The notes under the pieces are model-generated. The model did no database searches and had not been told where the DNA came from. It saw only the letters and a list, made by a program, of their open reading frames with translations. From NCBI GenBank assembly GCA_016206085.1, contig JACQSF010000009.1, positions 9,412-73,411 of the forward strand: a DNA stretch of 64,000 nt, written 5' to 3'. The position numbers and the translations under genes were made by a program. This stretch comes from Candidatus Uhrbacteria bacterium (lineage in GTDB: Bacteria > Patescibacteriota > Patescibacteriia > UBA9934 > GWF2-40-263). Positions 1 through 10,047 of this stretch are shown one piece after another. Each line of letters opens with the position of its first letter. Position 1 is the first letter of the stretch.

Positions 1-1151
1 AAGAACTCCACGGTCACATCGGTCGCGACGCCTTCGCCGACTAACAGCTCGCGCACCTCCTCTTCTGACATCCCCACGAATCGACCCACCTGGAGTGCCT
101 CACTCGTGCGTGACGTAATCGCTGGAACCGCGAGAGAGACAAGGATATTCGCCTGTCCTGCTTCTTCGTCGACTGCCTCGACCGTTACGACCATATTGCC
201 TGCATCTGCGTTCATGAATTCCTGTCCCTGCCCAAGACCCTCGTACAGCTTTGCCACGGCGATCTTGCCTAGAGCCTCTTGATCAAAGAATACCGCCGTA
301 ACCTTAAGTGTGAGCGTCACATCAAAACTTTGAGCTTCTGTATCTGGTTCAATGCTGAATGTCTTATCGACGACTTCGACATCATACGACTGACCCGTGA
401 ACGTTTCCCCTACTTCGGCGATCAGCATAGCCTTGGCGTCCTCAAGGAGACTCAGCTCGAGCTCTGAAGCGGCCGCATCAAGTTCCGCTTGCGAAACAAC
501 CGCAACGGAGTAGACGCCACCAGTAAACGCCTCGGCGCTGGTTGCGTACACAGACTCTTGTCGAGTCGCTGACAGACCTGGGATCGAGAACCGTGTGGGT
601 TGGATGTTTCCACTCTCCCCTGCGATATCTGCATACACCTGCGCCTCGACGGAGCCACCGGCCGGAACGGTTACGGCTGACTCCAATCGGAACAAGATAC
701 CAGTCTCAGACAACAATCGCGTTGTGGCGACCAGTGCTTGAGCAAACGTCAGGCTGTTGTAGATCGTTACCGTTCCACGAGCGGTATCCTCGACCGTCTT
801 TGCCGACTCACCCGTTGGTTCAAACGTTTGGGTCCGACCAAGCGTTCCAGAAACCACCGCACCGCGCACATCGGTTGCACGCGTTGGCACCTCATACACG
901 TTGACGACGAACTCCGTTGTAATCGGTTCCTCGGTGGAATCGACGTGAATCACGGCCTGGACGGTGGAGAGATACAACACTGCCAACAGCGCCGCCGCCA
1001 CAAGCACAATAAACGTGAGGGCTATGCGTCGATACATAATAAGTGGCACGGCCGCAGGTTGGGTGATCTCAAGATCCTCGATGTCGGTTACGGTAATCTT
1101 CTTGGCTCCTCCCTTTCTCACAGCCACCCGCTTCCTTGGTACAACGTTCTT
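1..1151 (-). CDS. Hypothetical membrane-anchored protein. The 5' end is in the window (ATG near 1151); the gene runs off the window edge.
   Basis: Hand translation of the minus strand from 1151 (MPTKNVVPRKRVAVRKGGAKKITVTDIEDLEI...) gives an N-terminal TM helix (IALTFIVLVAAALLAVLYL). The frame appeared open through position 1 on hand translation. It is absent from the ORF track, consistent with having no stop codon inside the window. Confidence 0.5.
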
Positions 1152-1199
1152 GGTGGGCATATGAGTCTATTATAAATCATTCACTGTGTTTAGCCAAAA

Positions 1200-1217
1200 G
1201 ATGCCCACTCAGTGGGT
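1200..1217. repeat. Short hairpin motif GATGCCCACTCAGTGGGT (copy 1; copy 2 at 31144-31161)
   Basis: Identical 18-mer containing cccac-tca-gtggg. Both copies sit in 3' intergenic spacers. Confidence 0.4.
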
Positions 1218-1259
1218 CATGCTGTCGACGTCACAAAGTGACGATCTCAAGTCCATCAC

Positions 1260-1937
1260 TTATCTTTTTAACTGTTGCATGGCATTTCTTGCAAAAACAT
1301 CTGCAAATCTTTCTTTATCAAGTTGCCGATATGCGTTTTCTTGGAGAGTAACAAGCTGTCTCTCAGAGTGAACGTTCAGCTTACGACACAACTCTTTTCG
1401 TTTCTCATCTTGCGCAAGCCATTGGTCAAACCCCCCCCCATCAAAAATCTGTTCACGAAGTTCCGCAGGAGAAAGGCTCGGATATGGAAGTTGCCCAAGT
1501 TGGAACTCTGAATTAGCCATCCAGATCGACGCGGCTGATTCAAAATCCATATCCATTCCGAAGTTTGTAAGAAAATCATAGGCGTGTCCAATCTCATGAA
1601 AAAAAATGAATTGTCTAATCTGCTCCCCATCTATCTGGTCAAATGCCACACCAAGTTGTTCCGCCATCAAACGAACGGCTTGTTCACGCGTCTGCTTAAG
1701 ATTCTCAAAATCTCTTTCGCTCCCAAACGCCATGTGAATTCGTGACCCCTCCTCTTCAGATTCTGGAAGACAAAAACGTCCACCTTCAAAAGCGGGATCG
1801 TCCACTACTTCAATACTCAAACTCTCCAAGATCGGAAACCGTTCTTGTAACCTGACCAAATCGCGTCTAAAAGCCTCTGTCCCTTTTCTTTGATGTTCGA
1901 TTATGGTTGATTCTCTGTTAGCTGATATTTCTAACAT
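1260..1937 (-). CDS. HExxH zinc-peptidase-like protein (ImmA/IrrE/DUF955-like)
   Basis: 225-aa ORF with motif IFFHEIGHAYDF (HExxH). No signal peptide. Family assignment is by motif only. Confidence 0.4.
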   Translation of the reverse strand: MLEISANRESTIIEHQRKGTEAFRRDLVRLQERFPILESLSIEVVDDPAFEGGRFCLPESEEEGSRIHMAFGSERDFENLKQTREQAVRLMAEQLGVAFDQIDGEQIRQFIFFHEIGHAYDFLTNFGMDMDFESAASIWMANSEFQLGQLPYPSLSPAELREQIFDGGGFDQWLAQDEKRKELCRKLNVHSERQLVTLQENAYRQLDKERFADVFARNAMQQLKR

Positions 1938-2009
1938 ATAGCCCTCTCAAAATCCGGCGAAAAATGCTTCGCCTCAAAAAAGCCTTGACGCTCTTCTTTT
2001 AGTTCTGAA

Positions 2010-2168
2010 TTAAAGATGCTCATAGGTTTCCAAAACCAATTCGAGAGCTTCCTCTAAATTCGACTCCACATCTGCCTGTGACCTACCCTGAGTATTAACT
2101 CCGGAAATCTCCTTTATCCAACCAATCCACCGACCATCACTTTGTTTTACTATTTTTGTGTATTGCAT
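2010..2168 (-). CDS. Small UPF0150/HicB-like (RNase-H-fold antitoxin-like) protein, about 52 aa
   Basis: C-terminal part of the listed 96-aa ORF. MQYTKIVKQSDGRWIGWIKEISGVNTQGRSQADVESNLEEALELVLE matches the HicB/UPF0150 signature (..G.V.E.PG....G.T.EEA..N..EA.E). ATG lies 7 nt after the dnaE stop, with GGAG upstream. The N-terminal 44 aa of the listed ORF overlap dnaE and are discounted. Confidence 0.4.
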   Translation of the reverse strand: MQYTKIVKQSDGRWIGWIKEISGVNTQGRSQADVESNLEEALELVLETYEHL

Positions 2169-2173
2169 ACTGC

Positions 2174-5100
2174 TTACTCCACACTCACATTCTGTCTCCC
2201 CACGAGTGCCGCGATCGCGCTTACGACCGAATCGGTAGCGGCGACGGAGTAGTCCGTCTGGATGCGACGCATTTGTCCTCCAGACTCCACCATCAGGCAC
2301 ACCGGCTTGGATCCAGGCGTCGACGTCAAAATTTCTCGCAGTCTCGCCACCATCTCCTGCGTGGGCTTGCCCTTGAGCGCGATCGAGAGTGAACCGCGAT
2401 GGAGAATCGCTGGCTCAGGATCAGGTTCATGTGCGGCTTCTTGCGTGCTGGGTATGGCCCATTGTTCCGATTGTAACATGCGTTGCACATCCGCAATGCT
2501 TGTCTCGTCAACAGGAATAAAGCTGTTGGCGAGGAGCTTTGCCTCTTCCCCATCGCGGATCGATACTTTCGCCGAAACAAGCACGATAGAATCCGACACC
2601 ATCATTGGCCTCGCCTCTTTGTACGTTCGGGGGAACACAATCACTTCTGTCGTGCCCGTGAGGTCTTCTAGTCCGACAAACGCCATCGGTTCACCTTTTT
2701 TTGTGATGATCTCTTTCACGCTTGTGATGATGCCCCCACAACGCACAAACTCTTTGTCTTTGCACTCGATCACCTTCCCACATCCAATCAGCGATCCTTC
2801 AAACGCATTCGCAAACGGCTCATACGGATGCCCGCTCACATACAATCCTAACAACTCCTTCTCCCATGCCAACGTTTCGCGCATGGTCGCTGGCGAACAA
2901 TCACGCAAAACAATCCCTTGGTTCATGACGGTCGAAGCACCGATAAACAGACTTTGCTGATTGCTGGCTTTTTCTTTTTGAATAGCCTTGTTGTGAAGCA
3001 AGATCCGATCCATGTTCTCCAGAAGTTGCTTGCGCTCGCCAAACCGATCCAGCGCACCTACTTTGATAAGTGCTTCCAGCGACTTCTTGTTAAACGCCCG
3101 ATGCGAAATGCGTCCCGCAAGATCGGCCAAGTCTTTGAATGGGCCGCTTGTTTTGCGCTCCGAGATAATGGATTCGATCACTTCCTCGCCGAGGTTCTTA
3201 ATCACCAACAACCCGAAACGAATCTGCGCGTCACTCATGAACGTAAAATCTTTGCGACTCTCATTGATGTCTGGCGAGAGTACCGCAATACCCATACGTG
3301 CACACTCCTTCACGGCCTCAGCGATCTTTTCCAAGTCACCGGACTCCGCGGTCATGAGTGCCGTCATATACTCAGCCGGATAATTGGCCTTCATGTACGC
3401 CGTCTGGTACGCGACCATACCGTAAGAAGCCGCATGCGCCTTGTTGAATCCATACGCGGCAAACGGTTCGATGAGTTTCCACAATTCCGTCGCGTGTGCC
3501 TTGGTCATGCCATGTTCCATGAACCCATCGACAAGTTTTACTTTTTGCAATGCCATCTCCTCGGGAATCTTTTTGCCCATGGCTTTGCGCAGCTTGTCGG
3601 CTTCCAGCCATGAGTAGCCGGCCAAATGAATGGCCGTCAACATCACGTCGTCTTGATACACAAGGAGCCCATACGACTTCTGCAAAAAACCCTCCATACG
3701 AGGATCCATAAACTGCACCAGGCTCGCGTCATGCTTGCGACGGATATACTCAGGGATCACTTCGATCGGTCCCGGGCGATACAACGCCACCATCGCCATG
3801 ATGTCCTCCACCCGCTCAGGACGCAGATCCATGAGGTACTTCGTCATACCGTCGCCGTTCAATTGAAACACCCCCATGGTGTGACCGGCCGCCAGAAGCT
3901 CGAACGTCTTTTTGTCGTCGACAGGGATATCTTGCGTCACCACCTCAATTCTCTTCACGGCGCGCACCAACGCCACCGCATCTCCCAAAATTGACAAGTT
4001 GCGAATCCCAAGAAAATCCATTTTCACGAGACCCGCGGATTCAACGGCATGCATCTCGTACTGCGTGATCATCTTTCCCTCCTTGGTATCAATCTGCAGT
4101 GGAGTGAAGTCCGTCAGATCGGTTGGTGAGATCACCGTTCCCGCCGCATGGATGGAAACATGACGTGCACAACCCTCGATACGCTGCGCCAGATCGATCA
4201 CCCGATGCACGTTTGCGTCGCCCTCGTATTTCTTTCTCAAATCAGGCGCCTCATTAAGCGCACGCTCAAGCGTCATGGGAAATCCCTGTGACCCCATCGG
4301 TACGAGTTTTGCGACCTCATCGATCATGCCATACGGAAACCCAAGCGCCCGACCCACGTCGCGCACGCTCCCGCGCGCCAACATCGTTCCAAAAGTACAA
4401 ATCTGCGCAACCTTCTCGTGTCCGTACTTACCTCGAACATAGTCGAGCACTTCGTCTCGACGGTTATCCGCAAAATCCGCATCGATATCCGGCGCCGAAG
4501 GACGCTCTGGATTCAAGAAGCGCTCAAACGGCAACTGGTACTGCAACGGGTCGATCGAAGAAATACCGATCGAATAACTCACCAGTGACCCGGCCGCCGA
4601 TCCTCGCGTAGTCGTGACAATCCCATGCTCGTTCGCCCAGGTGAGGAAGTCGGATACGATGAGCAGATAGGGACAAAACCCCTTCTTGTCGATGATATCG
4701 AGTTCGTAGGTGAGACGTTTCGTCTCAATCTCGTCGAGCTCCCGCGCCCGCCGCTCTTTGAGTTTTGCAAACGCTCGATCCGTAAGCACTTGTCGGAACG
4801 TCTTTCCTTCTTCAATTTCAAACTTCGGAAAGTTCCACTTGCCCAATTCCAGCGTCACCTCGCATCGATCGGCAATGAGTCGAGTATTCTCGATGGCTTC
4901 AGGACAATCGCGGAATCGCTCCTCCATGTACTCGCCTGTCACCATCGATGCGTCGTACTCATACTGGTTCATTCGGTCGAATTGTTCGAGGGTTCTCCCG
5001 CCCTTAATACAGTTCAAAATCTTCCACGCTTCCATGTCCTGTGGCTTGAGGTAAAACGTGTTCTTGGTCGCAACAACAGGAACACCGAGTTCTTTCCCAA

Positions 5101-5701
5101 GTGCCATGAGTCGCGTATTCGCCGCCTCTTGCTCTGCAATTTCCGGTCGATCCACAAGCTCGAGATAATAGTTTCCCTCACCAAAAACGTTCACATACCA
5201 ACGAATCATCTCACGCGCCTCAGCTTCCTTCTCAAGTTTCAACAACCCATCAATCTCCCCCATGTATCCACCTGAGAGCGCAATCAAGCCTTGACTGAAT
5301 TTCTGGATGAGCTCTTTGTCGATACGAGGCTTGTAGTAAAACCCTTCAAGGAACCCGAGACTCGAAAGTTGAATCAAATTCTTGTAGCCCTCATTATTTT
5401 GCGCCAGACACACCAGACGGTTTGGTCGCGTGTCGATACGCGCACGTTTCAAGTGTCGGCCATCTTGCGCCATATAAAAATCGACGCCAATGATGGGCTT
5501 CACGCCCGCGTCGATTGCCTTCTGATAAAACTCGATCGCTCCGTAGAGCGTCCCATTGTCGGTCAGCGCCACCGCCTTTTGTTCCAGCGCGCCTACATGC
5601 TTTAAGAGCTCCTTTACCTTTGGAAGAGCCTCAAGAAGCGAATAATGTGAGTGCGTGTGGAGATGGACAAAATTGGACATATCAGGACTCGAGCTTACCA
5701 T
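2174..5701 (-). CDS. dnaE: DNA polymerase III alpha subunit
   Basis: 1175 aa. N-terminal PHP motif (HLHTHSHYSLL) and overall DnaE architecture. The true start is probably the internal MSNFVHLH near 5680. Confidence 0.95.
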   Translation of the reverse strand: MVSSSPDMSNFVHLHTHSHYSLLEALPKVKELLKHVGALEQKAVALTDNGTLYGAIEFYQKAIDAGVKPIIGVDFYMAQDGRHLKRARIDTRPNRLVCLAQNNEGYKNLIQLSSLGFLEGFYYKPRIDKELIQKFSQGLIALSGGYMGEIDGLLKLEKEAEAREMIRWYVNVFGEGNYYLELVDRPEIAEQEAANTRLMALGKELGVPVVATKNTFYLKPQDMEAWKILNCIKGGRTLEQFDRMNQYEYDASMVTGEYMEERFRDCPEAIENTRLIADRCEVTLELGKWNFPKFEIEEGKTFRQVLTDRAFAKLKERRARELDEIETKRLTYELDIIDKKGFCPYLLIVSDFLTWANEHGIVTTTRGSAAGSLVSYSIGISSIDPLQYQLPFERFLNPERPSAPDIDADFADNRRDEVLDYVRGKYGHEKVAQICTFGTMLARGSVRDVGRALGFPYGMIDEVAKLVPMGSQGFPMTLERALNEAPDLRKKYEGDANVHRVIDLAQRIEGCARHVSIHAAGTVISPTDLTDFTPLQIDTKEGKMITQYEMHAVESAGLVKMDFLGIRNLSILGDAVALVRAVKRIEVVTQDIPVDDKKTFELLAAGHTMGVFQLNGDGMTKYLMDLRPERVEDIMAMVALYRPGPIEVIPEYIRRKHDASLVQFMDPRMEGFLQKSYGLLVYQDDVMLTAIHLAGYSWLEADKLRKAMGKKIPEEMALQKVKLVDGFMEHGMTKAHATELWKLIEPFAAYGFNKAHAASYGMVAYQTAYMKANYPAEYMTALMTAESGDLEKIAEAVKECARMGIAVLSPDINESRKDFTFMSDAQIRFGLLVIKNLGEEVIESIISERKTSGPFKDLADLAGRISHRAFNKKSLEALIKVGALDRFGERKQLLENMDRILLHNKAIQKEKASNQQSLFIGASTVMNQGIVLRDCSPATMRETLAWEKELLGLYVSGHPYEPFANAFEGSLIGCGKVIECKDKEFVRCGGIITSVKEIITKKGEPMAFVGLEDLTGTTEVIVFPRTYKEARPMMVSDSIVLVSAKVSIRDGEEAKLLANSFIPVDETSIADVQRMLQSEQWAIPSTQEAAHEPDPEPAILHRGSLSIALKGKPTQEMVARLREILTSTPGSKPVCLMVESGGQMRRIQTDYSVAATDSVVSAIAALVGRQNVSVE

Positions 5702-5745
5702 CTCGCGGCTGAATCTAAAAGCGGAGCCTGAACCCCGCTTTTGTC

Positions 5746-6078
5746 TTACGTTTCATCGTCCGCGACCACCTTTTTCTTCTTACTCGCCTTCTTGGAGGCA
5801 GGCGCGCTCTTGTTCAGTTTTCTCTCGATCATGTATTCAACCGCCTTGGTTGTGGTGTGCATGATCGCTCCTAGCGCCGTACCCGTGGAATCGAACTTAC
5901 GACGAATTCCATCAAGGGCTGCTTCCATCTTCGCAAGCGTCTCCTGCACAAGCGTGACCGTATCATTCGCACGCTTGAGAATACTCGCCACCTGCCACAA
6001 CAACCAGAACACAACGGCTGAAATCCATAGGACACAGAACGCGAGCACGATGTAGAGAATCTCAAGGGGTGTGAACAT
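5746..6078 (-). CDS. Small membrane protein (DUF948-like)
   Basis: 110 aa. N-terminal TM helix, coiled-coil middle, Lys-rich tail. Confidence 0.4.
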   Translation of the reverse strand: MFTPLEILYIVLAFCVLWISAVVFWLLWQVASILKRANDTVTLVQETLAKMEAALDGIRRKFDSTGTALGAIMHTTTKAVEYMIERKLNKSAPASKKASKKKKVVADDET

Positions 6079-6094
6079 ATCCTCCGTTTAGAAC

Positions 6095-8515
6095 TTATGA
6101 TCTCATTGTAGCACCAAATTCTTTTTCGAGCATCTGACGAATCTTGCGCATCTCTTCATCAACCTCCTGCGCCTCCAGCGTCTTCTCCAAGGAGCGGAAT
6201 GTTATGTGTGCGGCCATGGACTTCTGCCCTTCCTCTATCCCTTTACCGCGGTAGATGTCGAATAGGTCGTATTCGACCAATAAGGCCGACGCCTTCCGCA
6301 CCGCCTTCTCAAGTCCTTCCGCTGGTGTGCGCTCCGCGACGGTAAACGCGATGTCACGCTTGGCGTCCGGATACGGGGGGATTGGCGAAAAGACGCTCGG
6401 CGCTCGCCCAAGTGCCGCCAACATGCTGAGATTAAGCTCCGCTATGGCGACGCGTCGATCGATACCAAGAGCCTGTGCCACATCAGGACGCGCTTCCGCG
6501 AGGACACCGTGCTTTTTTCCGTTAACGAGAATCTCGGCCGCACGACTTGGATGCATCCACGCTCCCGGCTCTTCCATCTCGCGGAAGGTCACGTCAAAAC
6601 CTGCAATGTGAAGAGTCGTCTCAACTTGTCGACGGAGTTCCACGATCGGCGATTCATCGCCTTGGGCGCTATACGCTATTCCGAAATGATACGGCTGTGC
6701 GGGAAGCATGCCGCCTTGTCCATCCTCATCTCCCTTGAGTTTGCCAAAAAATACTCGATCAATCTCGAAGACGGATACAACCGGGAACGCCCGATGATTG
6801 ATTATGACGGTGTCAAACAAATTTGGAACAAGCGACTGACACAAGTACGGACGATCTTCTGCAAGCGGATTGGCGAGCTTGAGATGATCGCCCGGATCAA
6901 ACCCGAGCGTCTGCAGCATCTCAGGAGAAACGAACGCATAGCGGTACACCTCTGTTGCGCCCAGTCCCAGCGACATCGTTTTGCGTACTCTTCGAGCAAA
7001 ATCACGTACAGGATCCTGGACAGGCGGCTTGATCGAAAATGACGGGAGAGACGATTCAATCTGGTCGTATCCCCATATGCGAGCAATCTCTTCGACGACA
7101 TCTTCGACAATCGATACGTCCTTGGTGGCGCGCCAGCTTGGAATCGTTACAGCGAACACTTCTTTCTTCATGCGTACTTCAAATCCCAGTCGCGTCAGAA
7201 TATCCTCCACATCCTTTGCAGGAATCTCTGTTCCGAGCCGCTCATTTACCAAGTCGGCTGTCAACGAGACCGTTATCGATTTTGGTGGTCGTGGATATTC
7301 GTCAATGACCTTCGACGCGACTCGCGCGCCAGGATTCAATTCGCTCATCAGTTCCACCGCACGGCGCAGAGCCAGCTCGCACAAATTCGGATCCAACGAC
7401 TTTTCAAAACGAGCCGACGACTCTGATCGCAATGCGAGCTTCGTCGACGTCTTGCGCACGCTCACGGGATTGAAGTTTGCCGACTCAAATATAATCCTCG
7501 TCGTCTTCTCACTCACGCCACTCCCCTCACCTCCCATCACGCCCGCAATCGCCATCGGCTTTTGTCCGTCGGTGATAAGAAGCATCGACAAATCGAGTTG
7601 ATATGTCTTCTCAGCAAGCGTGGTTATTTTCTCTTTTGGATATGCAGCGCGCACCGCAATCTTATCGCCTAGAATATCCGCATCAAACGCATGCATCGGC
7701 TGGCCAAGCTCAAGCATCACATAATTCGTGACGTCGACCACATTGTTGATTGATCGCACCCCGCAGGCTTCAAGCCGACGCTTTATCCATTCCGGGGACG
7801 CTCCCACGACGATTCCATCCATGGCAACCGCCATGTAGCGCGGACAAGCTTCCTCGTCTTCAACCTTTACGGAAAGACCAATCCCTTTCCCGACGGGAAT
7901 CTTCTTTGGCTCGTAACTCTTAAGTTTCGACTTCGTGAGCGCCGCCACTTCCCGCGCCATGCCGTAATGCCCCATGAGGTCAGGACGGTTCGTGAGCGAT
8001 TTGTGTTCGATATCAAAAATAACATCGTCGAGTCCAAGCACTGTGGCAAGAGGCGTACCGGCTTTTGCGTCGACGTTGCCCAGATCGCGAATCTCGTGAT
8101 CGCCTTCTGTCTGTGAGAGCCCAATCTCGTTGCTTGAACAAATCATGCCTTCACTGTCTTCACCCCGAAGCTTTGTTTTCTTGATCTCCACAAGCTCCCC
8201 TTCCCCATGCCATTTCACCCACGCCCCAGGAAGCGCAACCGCAACCTTCATGCCAGAAGTGACGTTGGTTCCTCCACAGACAATTTGGGTCTTGCGTGTA
8301 CCGACATCGACATGACAGATGCGAAGTTTATCCGCGCTTGGGTGCGCAGAAACCGACTTGATCATTCCCACGACAATCTGCTCAAGCGCCGCCGCCTGAT
8401 CCTTCATACTCTCCACCTCAACGGTCGAAAGCGTAATCTTCTGCGCAAGCTCCGTGTCGGTGAGACTCTTGGGAGTCGCGACAAATTCCTGTAGCCATTT
8501 TTTTGAAATCAACAT
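6095..8515 (-). CDS. pheT: Phenylalanine--tRNA ligase beta subunit
   Basis: The listed ORF (to 8590) begins with a TTG-initiated extension that reads through an intergenic hairpin. The conserved PheT N-terminus MLISKKWLQEF starts at residue 26. Length and domain order match PheT. Start is +/-1 nt because of a 1-nt inconsistency I could not resolve by eye. Confidence 0.93.
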   Translation of the reverse strand: MLISKKWLQEFVATPKSLTDTELAQKITLSTVEVESMKDQAAALEQIVVGMIKSVSAHPSADKLRICHVDVGTRKTQIVCGGTNVTSGMKVAVALPGAWVKWHGEGELVEIKKTKLRGEDSEGMICSSNEIGLSQTEGDHEIRDLGNVDAKAGTPLATVLGLDDVIFDIEHKSLTNRPDLMGHYGMAREVAALTKSKLKSYEPKKIPVGKGIGLSVKVEDEEACPRYMAVAMDGIVVGASPEWIKRRLEACGVRSINNVVDVTNYVMLELGQPMHAFDADILGDKIAVRAAYPKEKITTLAEKTYQLDLSMLLITDGQKPMAIAGVMGGEGSGVSEKTTRIIFESANFNPVSVRKTSTKLALRSESSARFEKSLDPNLCELALRRAVELMSELNPGARVASKVIDEYPRPPKSITVSLTADLVNERLGTEIPAKDVEDILTRLGFEVRMKKEVFAVTIPSWRATKDVSIVEDVVEEIARIWGYDQIESSLPSFSIKPPVQDPVRDFARRVRKTMSLGLGATEVYRYAFVSPEMLQTLGFDPGDHLKLANPLAEDRPYLCQSLVPNLFDTVIINHRAFPVVSVFEIDRVFFGKLKGDEDGQGGMLPAQPYHFGIAYSAQGDESPIVELRRQVETTLHIAGFDVTFREMEEPGAWMHPSRAAEILVNGKKHGVLAEARPDVAQALGIDRRVAIAELNLSMLAALGRAPSVFSPIPPYPDAKRDIAFTVAERTPAEGLEKAVRKASALLVEYDLFDIYRGKGIEEGQKSMAAHITFRSLEKTLEAQEVDEEMRKIRQMLEKEFGATMRS

Positions 8516-8517
8516 GT

Positions 8518-8590
8518 GTGTGGGGATCAGGTTGTATAAGAAAAAATTTATTGGCTCGGCTTTGCCAGCAAGAAATTTTTCCTTATACAA
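8518..8590. repeat. Intercistronic palindromic element, copy 1 (19-20 bp arms flanking the core GGCYCGRCTTTGCCAGC)
   Basis: gttgtataagaaaaaattt...ggctcggctttgccagc...aaatttttccttatacaac forms a near-perfect hairpin between pheS and pheT. The core and architecture recur at 38640-38720. Confidence 0.6.
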
Positions 8591-8603
8591 CCTGATCCTG
8601 GTA

Positions 8604-9665
8604 TTAAAACTGATTAAGGAATCTCAAGTCTCCGCTCTCTAAATGCCTAATATCGTCTATCCCGTACTTGAGCATGACCAACCTCGTAAGACCAAAGCCG
8701 AAGGCAAATCCAGAATACTTCTCTGGATCGATGCCCGCCTGGCGCAAAACGTTTGGATGAATCATGCCGCCGGGCATGGCCTCGAGCCACCCACTCTGTT
8801 TGCACACACGGCATCCTTTTCCTTTACACAAGAAACACTCAAGCTCTCCGCGGACACCTGGTTCAACGAATGGATAAAACTTTGGTGAGAGGCGAATCTT
8901 TGTGCCCTTCCCGTAAAGATGATCCGCGACGGCTTGGAACACCCCCTTCATATGCGCAAACGAAATCCCCTCGCCTACCACCACGCCTTCCAACTGATGG
9001 AACGTGTGCTCATGGCGTGCGTCCGTCGCCTCGTTACGGAAACATCGGCCAGGGACAATCGCGCGCAAAGGAACGCCGTGCTCTCGCATGGCACGAACCT
9101 GGAAGGAGGAGGTGTGCGTGCGCATGACCCATCCGGTTTCTTCTGATCCAGCTTTTCCGGCCGCACCTGTCTTCCCTTCGATGTAAAACGTATCCTGCAT
9201 GTCGCGCGCGGGATGCGATGGCGGAATGTTCAACGCGGTAAAATTGTAATAATCACTTTCAAGCTCTGGTCCATCCAGAACCATGAACCCCATGGACGTG
9301 AACAACTCTTCGAGCTCTTGCTGAACCTGCGTAACGGGATGGAGCGTTCCATGAGGCCGGGCGTGAAACGTGGGCTCAGTTACATCGATCCATTCCTTTG
9401 CCGCAGTCGCTGACCATGAGGCTTTCGAGACTTTTTGTTCCGCCTCACCAAACGCGGCCTCAATTGCTTCTTTGACCTCATTGGCCACCGCGCCAACAAG
9501 CTTGCGCTCCCCGTCCGCCAAGCTCGCCATCTCTTTCATGAGACCACTGAGTTTTCCTTTGCGACCCAGGAACTGAGTTTTTAATTCCTCAAGCGCCTCG
9601 CGACTGGCAACCTTGTCAACGAGCTCAACAAATTCTTTTTTCAGTTGTTCAAGCTGTCCTTTCAT
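8604..9665 (-). CDS. pheS: Phenylalanine--tRNA ligase alpha subunit
   Basis: 353 aa. FLGRKGKL... class-II aaRS motifs. Lies immediately upstream of pheT. Confidence 0.95.
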   Translation of the reverse strand: MKGQLEQLKKEFVELVDKVASREALEELKTQFLGRKGKLSGLMKEMASLADGERKLVGAVANEVKEAIEAAFGEAEQKVSKASWSATAAKEWIDVTEPTFHARPHGTLHPVTQVQQELEELFTSMGFMVLDGPELESDYYNFTALNIPPSHPARDMQDTFYIEGKTGAAGKAGSEETGWVMRTHTSSFQVRAMREHGVPLRAIVPGRCFRNEATDARHEHTFHQLEGVVVGEGISFAHMKGVFQAVADHLYGKGTKIRLSPKFYPFVEPGVRGELECFLCKGKGCRVCKQSGWLEAMPGGMIHPNVLRQAGIDPEKYSGFAFGFGLTRLVMLKYGIDDIRHLESGDLRFLNQF

Positions 9666-9678
9666 AATCGAAAAAACG

Positions 9679-10047
9679 TTATGGCCTCAGTACACTAATA
9701 TCGCGAATTTTCTTGAAGACAACATCTCTCGTCGCTACGGGAGACTGTAGCAAAACAGCCGTGGCTGCAATCACACTATCAGAAACGGTAAGCTTTAATT
9801 CTCGTCGAATACGCGCGGCTTCCCTGGCAATTGACCCATCAACGTCCACTACCAGGACGTACTGAAGCCATGACTCAATCAGAAATATCTCGTCGTGTGA
9901 AATATTCTGAAAACCTAAAAGCTCTACCACGGTAATGGTAGAGACACAAAATCGTTCACCTTTCGATCGTTGTCGATTGATCCATTCAACAATAACCGGA
10001 TCCTTCTTGATGAAAAAAATGACAACGTTCGTATCAAGTACAATCAT
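9679..10047 (-). CDS. vapC: PIN-domain ribonuclease toxin (VapC-like)
   Basis: MIVLDTNVVIFF... is a typical PIN N-terminus with conserved Asp; ...ITVVELL... follows. The start is taken at the internal Met, which overlaps the stop of an upstream small ORF by ATGA. Confidence 0.8.
   Translation of the reverse strand: MIVLDTNVVIFFIKKDPVIVEWINRQRSKGERFCVSTITVVELLGFQNISHDEIFLIESWLQYVLVVDVDGSIAREAARIRRELKLTVSDSVIAATAVLLQSPVATRDVVFKKIRDISVLRP

Noticed and set aside
2262-5275. Several plus-strand ORFs of 100-230 aa antisense to dnaE
   Set aside because: They lie entirely within the well-supported dnaE gene on the opposite strand. Low-complexity translations.
8454-8642. Plus-strand ORFs 8454..8642 and 38527..38910 with similar peptide segments (..PARNF.LYNLI..)
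   Set aside because: The similarity arises because both read through the two copies of the palindromic repeat element. They are not a conserved protein.
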